Part shown: positions 23,481 to 35,220 of the stretch, one piece after another
Numbering within the stretch: the first letter of the stretch is position 1
Layout of the letters: each line of letters starts with the position of its first letter
DNA from: Heterodontus francisci
Taxonomy: Eukaryota
Length of the DNA: 60,603 bases
Direction: 5' to 3'
NCBI RefSeq assembly: GCF_036365525.1
Contig: NW_027142314.1
Coordinates: 1 to 60,603, forward strand
Notes under the pieces: model-generated
Told to the model about the DNA's origin: nothing
What the model saw: only the letters and a program-made list of their open reading frames with translations
Databases searched by the model: none
Program-made: the position numbers and the translations under genes

Positions 23481-26400
23481 CTAGGCTTTGGCACTTCCCG
23501 ACTGCGAGGCGTTCAGGGCTGATATGTGTTGGATCTTCTGGTTCAGCATTTCGATCACAGCTGTGGAGAAACAGACGTTTTCAATTCTCCCGGTCCCCAG
23601 GAAAGCTGCCAAGCACACTACATACAAACTCATATCTCCCCCCAACCCCAACCCCAGCCCAGTCCTCCCCCTACCCCATCCCCCCTCCCCTCCCCTCCTC
23701 CGCAGACCCAGCCCCTCTCACCCTGTTTGATGGTGTACTTCTCCTGAAGGGCTGGCTGAACTTTCTCGATCTGTTTCGTCAGGAATTCCACTTTCCTCTT
23801 GAAGAAATTCCGAGCTTCACAAACGGTCTGGAAGAGAGATTCCCAGGTTATACCAGCGGAGTGCCGTCACCTTGCGGGCGGGGTGGGGGTGGGGGGGGGG
23901 GTGAGAGGAGGGGATGGAGAAGGGACCCCTGGGGAGTCGGCAATGGCCCGCCCCATTTATCCAGCACATTCCACCACCCCGGGAGTGTCCCAAAGTGCTT
24001 CCATTTCCCACTCCCCCCCTCCCCCCACCGACTACTCTACTTCCAAATAGTGGCAGTGGGATGTTTTACATCCACCCGAGGGAGCAGACGGGACTCTGTT
24101 TTAACAGCTCATCCGAAAGACGGCACCTCTGACAGTGCGGCCCACCCTCAGTACTGACCCTCCGACAGTGCGGCGCTCCCTCAGTACTGACCCTCTGACA
24201 GCGCGGCGCTCCCTCGGTACTGACCCTCCGACAGTGCGGAGCTCCCTCGGCACTGACCCTCCGACAGTGCGGCGCTCCCTCAGTACTGACCCTCAGACAG
24301 TGCGGCGCTCCCTCAGTACTGACCCTCCGACAGTGCGGCGCTCCCTCAGTACTGACCCTCCGACAGTGCGGCGCTCCCTCAGCACTGACCCTCCGACAGT
24401 GCGACGCTCCCTCAGTACTGACCCTCAGACAGTGCGGCGCTCCCTCAGTACTGACCCTCCGACAGTGCGGCGCTCCCTCAGCACTGACCCTCCGACAGTG
24501 CTGCACTCCCTCAGCACTGACCCTCCGACAGTGTAGCGCTCCCTCAGCACTGACCCCCTGACAGTGCGGCGCTCCCTCAGCACTGATCCTCCAACAGTGC
24601 GGCGCTCCCTCAGCACTGACCCTCCGACAGTGCAGCACTCCCTCAGCACTGACCCCCTGACAGTGCGGCGCTCCCTCAGCACTGACACTCAGACAGTGCA
24701 GCACTCCCTCAGCACTGACCCCCTGACAGTGCGGCGCTCCCTCAGCACTGACCCTCCGACAGTGCAGCACTCCCTCAGCACTGACCCCCTGACAGTGCGG
24801 TGCTCCCTCGGCACCGACCCTCCGACAGTGCGGCGCTCCCTCGGAACTGGCACCGGGGCGTGACGGCCTGTATTATGAGGCTCGAGAGACTGGAGGTGGG
24901 GGGAGGGGGTGCTCGAACCCCTACCCTCTGACTCAAGAGGGGAGAGTGCGATCGATCGACCCAAACCAGCACTTGGTAACAAAGGAACACGGACGCAACA
25001 GACGGGATTTAACGCCGGCACTCTCCAGAGGACTAACGGGATTCTGGGAACACTCCGGGGCGAAGCTGAAAAGGGGCCCAGGAGGCTCCGAATTGATGCT
25101 GAACGAAAGCAGAGAATTCCTCTAGCCCCATGATCTCAGCATCTTCCCAGACCAGCGACCCCTGCCGACCGGCCCCAGCCTGTGAAAGGAGCAGCAGAAA
25201 CACAGACCTTTTCCACATAATAACCAGTGCCCACATCGATCAGCACGTGCTCGACATCGTGCAGCTTCCCCGGCACGTACATCTGGTTCGCCGCTTGTCA
25301 AGGAAGCCGACAGTTACCGCGTAAGGAAAAGGGAGGATCTCCCACTTCTCCGTCGCCTTTCACCTCACCACGCTCGGGGAACGTCCCAAAGCGCCACACG
25401 GCCGATGACGAGCCTCTGAAGCGCGGTCGCTGTTTGTCGTGTGGCAAACGCGGCACCCAATTGACGCACAGCAAGATCCCACAAACAGCAATGTGACATT
25501 TGATGTAAACATCAGCCCCAGGCTACCAGGGAGAACCACACGCCCTCCTTCCAAAGGGCGGCCGTGGGATCTTTTACACCCGCCCGAGGGGGCGGACGGG
25601 GGCCTCGGTTTAACATCTCATCCGAAAGACGGCACCTCCGACAGTGCGGCCCACCCTCAGTACTGACCCTCCGACAGTGCGGCGCTCCCTCAGTACTGAC
25701 CCTCCGACAGCGCGGCACTCCCTCAGTACTGACCCTCCGACAGTGCGGCGCTCCCTCAGTACTGACCCTCCGACAGCGCGGCACTCCCTCAGCACTGACC
25801 CTCCGACAGTGCGGCGCTCCCTCAGCACTGACCCTCCGACAGTGCGGCGCTCCCTCAGTACTGACCCTCCGACAGTGCCGGGCTCCCTCAGCACTGACCC
25901 TCCGACAGTGCCGGGCTCCCTCAGCACTGACCCTCCGACAGTGCGGGGCTCCCTCAGTACTGACCCTCCGACAGTGCGGCGCTCCCTCAGCACTGATCCT
26001 CCAACAGTGCGGCGCTCCCTCAGTACTGACCCTCCGACAGTGCGGCACTCCCTCAACACTGACCCTCCGACAGTGCGGCGCTCCCTCAGCACTGATCCTC
26101 CAACAGTGCGGCGCTCCCTCAGCACTGATCCTCCAACAGTGCGGCGCTCCCTCAGTACTGACCCTCCGACAGTGCGGCGCTCCCTCAGCACTGATCCTCC
26201 AACAGTGCGGCGCTCCCTCAGCACTGATCCTCCAACAGTGCGGCGCTCCCTCAGCACTGACCCTCCGACAGTGCGGGGCTCCCTCAGTACTGACCCTCCG
26301 ACAGTGCCGGGCTCCCTCAGTACTGACCCTCCGACAGTGCGGCGCTCCCTCAGCACTGATCCTCCAACAGTGCGGCGCTCCCTCAGCACTGACCCTCCGA

Positions 26401-29400
26401 CAGTGCGGGGCTCCCTCAGCACTGACCCCCTGACAGTGCGGCGCTCCCTCAGCACTGATCCTCCAACAGTGCGGCGCTCCCTCAGCACTGACCCTCCAAC
26501 AGTGTGGGGCTCCCTCAGCACTGGCACTGTGAGTGTCACCTTCGATTTTCATGCTGAAGTAGGACCTGAACCCACGGCCTTGTGACAAGCATGGAAACAG
26601 ACGGGTACACACGGAAACAGCAGGGACACATGGGAGGTCCCAGACGGGCGCTGAGTGAAACACGGCCACTTGTCCGGGCTTCCTGCCTGGACGTGAGCCC
26701 AAGTCAGTGTCTCTTTAAGCAGCGGGAGAATCCACCTCACAGCCTGTGGACTCCGCGAGCAGGCAAAGGATACAGAACTTGTCAATGGAACCAGGACATC
26801 CTTCCCTGCAATTAGAGAGAGAGAGAAGATTAGAGGAGGAGAGAGAGGGAGGGCCGGAGAGAGAGGGAGGGCCGGTTTGTGTACACTAGAGACGGTTGCA
26901 CGAATGATTCCTGAGATGAGAGGGGGCTGTCCTGTGAGGAGAGATTGAGCAGAACGGGTCTGTATTCTATGGAGTTTAGAAGAATGAGAGGCAATCTCAT
27001 CGAAACGTGTAAAATTCTGAGAGGGTTTGACAGGGTAGATACCGAGAGGCTGTTTCTCCCCCCGACCCCCGGGCTGGAGAGTCTAGAACAGGGGAGGGGA
27101 GTGGGGGGGGGGGGGGGTCACAGTCTCAGGATAAGGGGTCGGCCGTTTGCGACTGAGACAGTGGGGGAGAAATTTCTTCACTCGGAGGGTTTGTGAATCC
27201 TTGGGATTCTCTACCCCCCCCCCCAGGGGGCTGTGGACCGTTCAGACGTCGAGTAGACTCGAGGCGCCGATCGATGGATTTTCGAGCACTGGGGGAATCG
27301 AGGGGTAGGGGCGGGAAAGCGGAGATGAGGTGGAGGATCGGCCGCGATCGTACTGAATGGGGGAGCAGGCTCGAGGGGCCGAGTGGCCTCCCTCCCGCTC
27401 CTGTGTTGCTATGGATTGGGTAGGTGCAGGCTTCAAGGTGTAGGTAGAGGAGAGAAGGTAGAGGGATTTGGCGGGGGGGGAGGGTGGTGGAGCGAGAGAT
27501 GGTTTGTGGGGAGGGATAGGTGTTTAGATGGGGGGGGGGGGGGGTGAAGGGGGTCCCGGGGGTTTAGGTGTTGGGGGGGGGGTGAAGGGGGTCCCGGGGG
27601 TTTAGGTGTGGGGGGGGGGGGGTGAAGGGGGTCCCGGGGGTTTAGGTATAGGGGGGAGTCACGGGTTTTTAGGGGGGGGGGGGGTGAAGGGGGTCCTGGA
27701 GGTGTAGGTGGGAAGGGGGGGGTGAAGGGGGTCCCGGGGGTTTAGGTGGGGGGGGGGGGGTGAAGGGGGTCCTGGGGGTTTAGGTGTGGGGGGTTGGGGT
27801 CCCGGGGGTTTAGGTGGGGAGGGGAGGTGGAGGGTGGGGTGAAGGGGGTCCCGGGGGTTTAGGTGGGGAGGGGGGGTGGTGAAGGGGGTCCTGGGGGTTT
27901 AGGTGTGGGGGGTTGGGGTCCCGGGGGTTTAGGTGGGGAGGGGGGGTGGAGGGTGGGGTGAAGGGGGTCCCGGGGGTTTAGGTGGGGAGGGGGGGTGGTG
28001 AAGGGGGTCCTGGGGGTTTAGGTATGGGGGGGGTCCCGGGGGTTTAGGTATAGGGGGGGTCCCGGGGGTTTAGGTGGGGAGGGTGGGGTGAAGGGGGTCC
28101 CGGGGGTTTAGGTGGGGAGGGGGGGTGGTGAAGGGGGTCCTGGGGGTTTAGGTATGGGGGGGGGTCCCGGGGGTTTAGGTATGGGGGGGGGGGTCCCGGG
28201 GGTTTAGGTGGGGAGGGTGGGGTGAAGGGGGTCCCGGGGGTTTAGGTGGGGAGGGTGGGGTGAAGGGGGTCCCGGGGGTTTAGGTGGGGAGGGGGGGTGG
28301 TGAAGGGGGTCCTGGGGGTTTAGGTATGGGGGGGGTCCTGGGGGTTTAGGTATGGGGGGGGGGTCCCGGGGGTTTAGGTGGGGAGGGTGGGGTGAAGGGG
28401 GTCCCGGGGGTTTAGGTGGGGAGGGGGGGTGGTGAAGGGGGTCCTGGGGGTTTAGGTGTGGGGGGTTGGGGTCCCGGGGGTTTAGGTGGGGAGGGGGGGG
28501 TGGTGAAGGGGGTCCTGGGGGTTTAGGTGTGGGGGGTTGGGGTCCCGGGGGTTTAGGTGGGGAGGGGGGGGTGGTGAAGGGGGTCCTGGGGGTTTAGGTA
28601 TGGGGGGTTGGGGTCCCGGGGGTTTAGGTATCGGGGGGGGGTCCCGGGGGTTTAGGTGGGGAGGGGGGGTGAAGTGGGTCCCGGGGGTTTAGGTGGAGAG
28701 GGGGTGTGGTGAAGGGGGTCCTGGGGGTTTAGGTGTGGGGGGTTGGGGTCCCAGGGGTTTAGGTGGGGAGGGGGGGTGGAGGGTGGGGTGAAGGGGGTCC
28801 CGGGGGTTTAGGTGGGGAGGGGGGGGTGGTGAAGGGGGTCCTGGGGGTTTAGGTATGGGGGGTGGTCCCGGGGGTTTAGGTATGGGGGGGGTCCCGGGGG
28901 TTTAGGTGGGGAGGGGGGGTGGTGAAGGGGGTCCTGGGGGTTTAGGTGGGGGGGGTTGGGGTCCCGGGGGTTTAGGTGGGGGGCTGAGTGGGGGTTTTGG
29001 GGGGGGGGGCGGGTTCCTGGGGGTTTCTGCACTGACTCTTACCCGCATTGTCTTTGCTGAGTTTGTTGAGACTTTCCTTGGATTCCACGTATTTTGTCTG
29101 AACCAGTTTCAGCTGCTGAATGGAGGAGGTGAGAAACTCGGTCTCCTGGAGAGAGACAGAGCGGTGAGAGAGAGACTGACCACTGACTCCCCTCAGGACA
29201 ACCCCTCAACCACTGGGACTGACCACTGACCCCCCACCCCTCTCGGGACAAACCTTCAACCACTGGAATAAAAACAAGAAATGCTGGAAATACTCAGCAG
29301 GTCTGGCAGCATCTGTGGAGAGAGAAGCAGAGTTAACGTTTCGGGTCAATGACCCTTCCTCAGAACTGGCAAAGGTTAGAAATGTAAAAGGTTGCAAGCA

Positions 29401-32269
29401 AGTGAGGCGGGGGTGGGGGCAAGAGATAACAAAGGAGAAGGTGTTGATAGGACAAGGTCACGGAGAATAACTGACCAGAAGGTCATGGAGCAAAGGCAAA
29501 CAATATGTTAATGGTGTGTTGAAAGACAAAGCATTAGGACAGATAGGGTGTTAATGGACTGAATATTGGACAGCCACAAGTACAGACATGAAAAAAAACA
29601 GTGGGTAAGCAAACTGAACAAACTAAGATGAAATAAAATAAGATAAACTAAAATATATATTTAAAAAAAGGAGAAAGAAAAAAATAACTAAAAATAAAAG
29701 TAAAATGGGGGGCTGTCATGCTCTGAAATTATTGAACTCAATGTTCAGTCCAGCAGGCTGTAGTGTGCCTAATCGGTAGATGAGATGCTGTTCCTCGAGC
29801 TTGCGTTGATGTTCACTGGAACACTGCAGCAATCCCAGGACAGAGATGTGAGCATGAGAGCAGGGGAGAGTGTTGAAATGGCAAGCAACCGGAAGCTCAG
29901 GGTCCTGCTTGCGGACTGAGCGGAGATGTTCCGCAAAGCGGTCACCCAGTCTGCGCTTGGTCTCCCCAATGTAGAGGAGACCACACTGTGAGCAGCGAAT
30001 ACAGTATACTACATTGAAAGAAGTACAAGTAAATCGCTGCTTCACCTGAAAGGAGTGTTTGGGGCCTGGGATAGTGAGGAGAGAGGAGGTAAATGGGCAG
30101 GTATTACACCTCCTGCGATTGCAGGGGAAGGTGCCCTGGGACGGGGACGAGGTGGTGGGGGTAATGGAGGAGTGGACCAGGGTGTCGCGGAGGGAATGAT
30201 CCCTTCGGAATGCTGACAGGGGAAGGGAGGGGAAGATGCGACTGGTAGTGGCATCACGCTGGAGGTGGCGAAAATGGCGGAGGATGATCCTTTGGATATG
30301 GAGGCTGGTGGGATGAAAAGTGAGGACAAGGGGAACCCTGTCACGGTTCTGGGAGGGAGGGGAAGGGGTGAGGGTAGAGGTGCGGGGAATGGGCCGGACA
30401 CGGTTGAGGGCCCTGTCAACCACAGTGGGGGGAAATCCTCGGTTGAGGAAAAAGGTCATATCAGAAGCACCGTCATGGAAGGTAGCATCATCAGAGCAGA
30501 TGCGTCGGAGACGGAGAAACTGGGAGAATGGAATGGAGTCCTTACAGGAGGTAGGGTGTGAAGAAGTGTAGTCGAGGTAGCTGTGGGAGTCAGTAGGCTT
30601 ATAATGGATATTAGTAGACAACCTATCCCCAGAGATGGAGACAGAGAAGTCGAGGAAGGGAAGGGAAGTGTCAGAGATGGACCATGTAAAGGTGAGAGAA
30701 GGGTGGAAATTGGAAGCAAAGTTGATAAAGTTTTCTAGTTCGGGGCAGGAGCAGGAAACGGCACCGATACAGTCATCAATGTACCGGAAAAAGAGTTGGG
30801 GGAGGGGGCCTGAGTAGGACTGGAACAAAGAATGCTCGACATGTCCCACAAAAAGACAGGCATAACTAGGACCCATGCGGGTACCCATAGCGACACCTTT
30901 TACTTGAAGGAAATGCATGGAGTTGAAGGAGAAGTTGTTCAATGTGAGAACAAGTTCAGCCAGGCGGAGGAGGGTGGTGGTGGATGGGGACTGGTTGGGC
31001 CTCTGTTCCAGGAAGAAGCGGAGAGCCCTCAAACCGTCCTGGTGGGGGATGGAGGTGTAGAGCGATTGGACGTCCATAGTGAAGAGGAGGCCGTTGGGAC
31101 CAGGAAACTGGAAATTGTCAAAATGACGTAGGGCGTCAGAAGAGTCACGGATGTAGGTGGGAAGAGACTGGACCAGCGGAGAAAAGATAGAGTCTAGATA
31201 GGAAGAAATAAGTTCAGTTGGGCAGGAGCAGGCTGACACAATGGGTCTGCCGGGACAGTCCCGTTTGTGGATTTTGGGAAGGAGGTAGAAGCGGGCTGTC
31301 CGGGGTTGCGGGACTATGAGGTTGGACAACAACCACTGGGACTGACCCCTGACCCCCACCACTGGGACTGACCCCTGACCCCTACCACTGGGACTGACCC
31401 CTGACCTCTACCCCCGGGACTGACCCCTGACCCCCACCACTGGGACTGACCCCTGACCCCCACCACTGGGACTGACCCCTGACCCCTACCACTGGGACTG
31501 ACCCCTGACCTCTACCCCCGGGACTGACCCCTGACCCCCACACCCGGGACTGACCCCCAAACCACCGGGACTGACCCCTGAACTCCCCACCACCCCCGGG
31601 ACTGACCCCTGAACCCCCCACCCCCGGGACTGACCCCTGAACCCCCCACCCCCGGGACTGACCCATGACCCCCACCACTGGGACTGACCCCTGAACCCCC
31701 CACCCACGGGACTGACCCCTGAACCCCCCACCCCCGGGACTGACCCCTGACCCCCACGACTGACCCCTGAACCCTACCCCCGGGACTGACCCCTGAACCC
31801 CCCCCCCCACCCCCGGGACTGACCCCTGAACCCCCCACCCCCGGGACTGACCCATGACCCCCACCACTGGGACTGACCCCTGAACCCCCCACCCACGGGA
31901 CTGACCCCTGAACCCCCCCCCACCCCCGGGACTGACCCCTGAACCCCCCCCCCCACCCCCGGGACTGACCCCTGAACCCACCCCCCACCCCCAGGACTGA
32001 CCCCTGAACCCTACCCCCGGGACTGACCCCTGAACCCCCACCCCCGGGACTGACCCCTGAACCCCTGACCACCCTCGGGACTGACCCCTGAACCCCCACC
32101 CCCGGGACTGACCCCTGAACCCAACCCAACCCCACCCCCGGGACTGACCCCTGAACCCCTGACCACCCCCGGGACTGACCCCTGAACCCCCCCGTACCTG
32201 CTCCAATTGGCTCCTCAGCGCCTCCAGTTGCTGCAGCGGCAGATCCGCCACATTCACCGCCTGCGACAT
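23481..32269 (-). CDS. PFDN5: Prefoldin subunit 5, 6 exons: 32198-32269, 29043-29145, 26774-26805, 25208-25282, 23722-23827, 23481-23560 (468 nt, 155 aa)
   Basis: Spliced product [155 protein letters not shown]. It contains the alpha-prefoldin [25 protein letters not shown] signature, and exon phases are consistent. Confidence 0.97.
24038..24963 (-). mobile_element. DeuSINE (SacSINE1-like) copy containing an internal 33-bp tandem expansion
   Basis: Deu-domain-like CATCCGAAAGACGGCACCTC..GACAGTGC; reverse B box CTCGAACCC near 24912. Confidence 0.7.
24128..24850. repeat. 33-bp minisatellite (CACTGACCCTCCGACAGTGCGGCGCTCCCTCAG), ~22 copies, PFDN5 intron 4
   Basis: Directly visible. Confidence 0.95.
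25355..26590 (-). mobile_element. Second DeuSINE (SacSINE1-like) copy with an internal 33-bp tandem expansion, inside the U12 intron
   Basis: GACGCACAGCAAGATCCCACAAACAGCAATGTGA...CATCCGAAAGACGGCACCTCCGACAGTGC is shared with the copies at 24038 and 41540. Confidence 0.72.
25636..26525. repeat. 33-bp minisatellite, same unit as 24128-24850, ~27 copies
   Basis: Directly visible. Confidence 0.95.
26880..27410 (+). mobile_element. CR1 LINE 3' end fragment
   Basis: [28 protein letters not shown], plus a 3' tail GGGCCGAGTGGCCTCCTCCCGCTCCTGTG. Confidence 0.8.
27520..29025. repeat. G-rich complex minisatellite (GGGGGTTTAGGTGGGGAGGGGGGTGGTGAAGGGGGTCC variants), PFDN5 intron 2
   Basis: Directly visible; dense G-runs on the + strand. 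Confidence 0.92.
29267..31329 (-). mobile_element. Penelope-like retroelement, 5'-truncated, with an uninterrupted RT + GIY-YIG endonuclease frame (29716-~31329), in PFDN5 intron 1
   Basis: [46 protein letters not shown] and [10 protein letters not shown] are RT motifs. [28 protein letters not shown] is the GIY-YIG with Cys/His motif. A candidate 10-bp target duplication CAACCACTGG lies at 29257-29266 and 31330-31339. Confidence 0.93.
29331..29367 (-). ncRNA. Minimal type I hammerhead ribozyme of the Penelope element
   Basis: Minus strand AGTT-CTGAGGA-A-GGGTC-ATT-GACCC-GAAAC-GTT-AACT: core CUGANGA and GAAA, 5-bp stem II, stem I AGTT/AACT, palindromic AACGTT in place of stem III, cleavage triplet GUU. 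Confidence 0.8.
31330..32190. repeat. ~27-33-bp minisatellite (CCCCGGGACTGACCCCTGAACCCCCCA), PFDN5 intron 1; degenerate units continue at 29180-29266
   Basis: Directly visible; split by the Penelope insertion. Confidence 0.92.
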
Positions 32270-32407
32270 GACACCGGAAACCGGTCTCCCGCCCACTTCC
32301 GGTGGAGCGGCAGCTCAAACCCGTCCCCCGTCCCCCGCTCCCCGCCTGTCCGCTTCCGCTTCCGGCAACAGCTCTCTTCATTCGTCTCTGTGTTGCGAGC
32401 CGGAACC
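32270..32407 (-). promoter_or_regulatory. PFDN5 CpG-rich promoter/5'UTR with ETS/GABP-type sites
   Basis: ACTTCCGG at 32295-32302 and tandem CTTCCGCTTCCGG at 32353-32365, immediately upstream of the ATG (32269). Confidence 0.55.
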
Positions 32408-35220
32408 AGAGCGCCGCCGGGAGGCTGGGAGGAGGAACCGCACCCCCCCCACCCCACCGGCAAACAGCGCCGCCGGGAGGCGGGGAGGAGGAACCGCACC
32501 CCCCCCACCCCACCGGCAAACAGCGCCGCCGGGAGGCTGGGAGGAGGAACCGCACCCCCCCACCCCACCGGCAAACAGCGCCGCCGGGAGGCGGGGAGGA
32601 GGAACCGCACCCCCCCCACCCCACCGGCAAACAGCGCCCCCTGGAGGCGGGGAGGAGGAACCGTACCCCCACCCCTCCCCGGCAAACAGCGCCGCCGGGA
32701 GGCTGGGAGGAGGAACCGCACCCCCCCACCTCCCCGGCAAACAGCGCCGCCGGGAGGCTGGGAGGAGGAACCGCACCCCCCCACCTCCCCGGCAAACAGC
32801 GCCGCCGGGAGGCTGGGAGGAGGAACCGCACCCCCCCACCACACCGGCAAACAGCGCCGCCGGGAGGCTGGGAGGAGGAACCGTACCCCCACCCCTCCCC
32901 GGCAAACAGCGCCGCCGGGAGGCTGGGAGGAGGAACCGCACCCCCCCACCACACCGGCAAACAGCGCCGCCGGGAGGCTGGGAGGAGGAACCGCATCCCA
33001 CCACACCGGCAAACAGCGCCGCCGGGAGGCGGGGAGGAGGAACCGCACACCGGCAAACAGCGCCGCCGGGAGGTTGGGAAGAGGAACCGCACCCCACCAC
33101 ACCGGCAAACAGCGCCGCCGGGAGGAGGGGAGGAGGAACCGCACCCCACCACACCGGCAAACAGCGCCGCCGGGAGGTTGGGAGGAGGAACCGCACCCCA
33201 CCACACCGGCAAACAGCGCCGCCGGGAGGTTGGGAGGAGGAACCGCACCCCACCACACCGGCAAACAGCGCCGCCGGGAGGCAGGGAGGAGGAACTGCAC
33301 CACTCCCCTGCACACAGCGCCCCAGGGAGGCAGGGAGGAGGAACCGCACCACTCCCCTGCACACAGCGCCCCAGGGAGGCGGGGAGGAGGAACCGCACCA
33401 CTCCCCTGCACACAGCGCCCCAGGGAGGCGGGGAGGAGGAACCGCATCACTCCCCTGCACACAGCGCCCCCAGGAGGCAGGGAGGAGGAACCGCATCACT
33501 CCCCCGCACACAGCGCCCCAGGGAGGAGGAACCGCATCACTCCCCCGCACACAGCGCCCCCAGGAGGCAGGGAGGAGGAACCGCATCACTCCCCTGCACA
33601 CAGTGCCCCCAGGAGGCAGGGAGGAGGAACCGCATCACTCCCCCGCACACAGCGCCCCAGGGAGGCGGGGAGGAGGAACCGCATCACTCCCCCGCACACA
33701 GCGCCCAGGGAGGCAGGGAGGAGGAACCGCATCACTCCCCTGCACACAGCGCCCCCAGGAGGCAGGGAGGAGGAACCGCATCACTCCCCCGCACACAGCG
33801 CCCCAGGGAGGAGGAACCGCATCACTCCCCCGCACACAGCGCCCCCAGGAGGCAGGGAGGAGGAACCGCATCACTCCCCTGCACACAGCGCCCCAGGGAG
33901 GCAGGGAGGAGGAACCGCACCACTCCTCTGCACACAGCGCCCCAGGGAGGCGGGGAGGAGGAACCGCACCACTCCCCTGCACACAGCGCCCCAGGGAGGC
34001 GGGGAGGAGGAACCGCATCACTCCCCTGCACACAGCGCCCCCAGGAGGCAGGGAGGAGGAACCGCATCACTCCCCTGCACACAGCGCCCCAGGGAGGAGG
34101 AACTGCACCACTCCCCTGCACACAGCGCCCCAGGGAGGCAGGGAGGAGGAACCGCACCACTCCCCTGCACACAGCGCCCCAGGGAGGCGGGGAGGAGGAA
34201 CCGCACCACTCCCCTGCACACAGCGCCCCAGGGAGGCAGGGAGGAGGAACCGCATCACTCCCCTGCACACAGCGCCCCCAGGAGGCAGGGAGGAGGAACC
34301 GCATCACTCCCCCGCACACAGCGCCCCAGGGAGGAGGAACCGCATCACTCCCCCGCACACAGCGCCCCCAGGAGGCAGGGAGGAGGAACCGCATCACTCC
34401 CCTGCACACAGTGCCCCCAGGAGGCAGGGAGGAGGAACCGCATCACTCCCCCGCACACAGCGCCCCCAGGAGGCAGGGAGGAGGAACCGCATCACTCCCC
34501 TGCACACAGTGCCCCCAGGAGGCAGGGAGGAGGAACCGCACCACTCCCCTGCACACAGTGCCCCCGGGAGGCAGGGAGGAGGAACCGCACCACTCCCCTG
34601 CACACAGCACCCCAGGGAGGCAGGGAGGAGGAACCGCATCACTCCCCCGCACACAGCGCCCCAGGGAGGCAGGGAGGAGGAACCGCACCACTCCCCTGCA
34701 CACAGCGCCCCAGGGAGGCAGGGAGGAGGAACCGCACCACTCCCCTGCACACAGCGCCCCAGGGAGGCAGGGAGGAGGAACCGCACCACTCCTCTGCACA
34801 CAGCGCCCAGGGAGGCAGGGAGGAGGAACCGCACCACTCCCCTGCACACAGCACCCCAGGGAGGCGGGGAGGAGGAACTGCACCACTCCCCTGCACACAG
34901 CGCCCCCGGGAGGCAGGGAGGAGGAACCGCACCACTCCTCTGCACACAGCGCCCAGGGAGGCAGGGAGGAGGAACTGCACCACTCCCTGCACGCAGCGCC
35001 CCAGGGAGGCGGGGAGGAGGAACTGCACCACTCCCCTGCACACAGCGCCCCAGGGAGGTGGGGAGGAGGAACTGCACCACTCCCCTGCACACAGCGCCCC
35101 AGGGAGGCAGGGAGGAGGAACTGCACCACTCCCCTGCACACAGCACCCCAGGGAGGCGGGGAGGAGGAACTGCACCACTCCCCTGCACACAGCACCCCAG
35201 GGAGGCAGGGAAGAGGAACT
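32408..35220. repeat. ~49-55-bp GC-rich minisatellite (CAGCGCC..GGGAGGC.GGGAGGAGGAACCGCAC..) directly upstream of PFDN5, two sub-domains switching near 33290
   Basis: Directly visible: CCGGCAAA-type units then CTCCCCTGCACA-type units. Confidence 0.95.

Larger units (their letters stand above)
25283..26773 (-). other. U12-type (minor spliceosome) GT-AG intron 3 of PFDN5
   Basis: 5' splice site GTATCCTTTG (26764-26773). Branch sequence TTCCTTGAC (25297-25305) lies ~12 nt before the CAG, with no polypyrimidine tract. Confidence 0.9.

Noticed and set aside
27520-29025. Telomere-like TTTAGG motif
   Set aside because: It occurs as TTTAGGT inside longer units, not as (TTAGGG)n.
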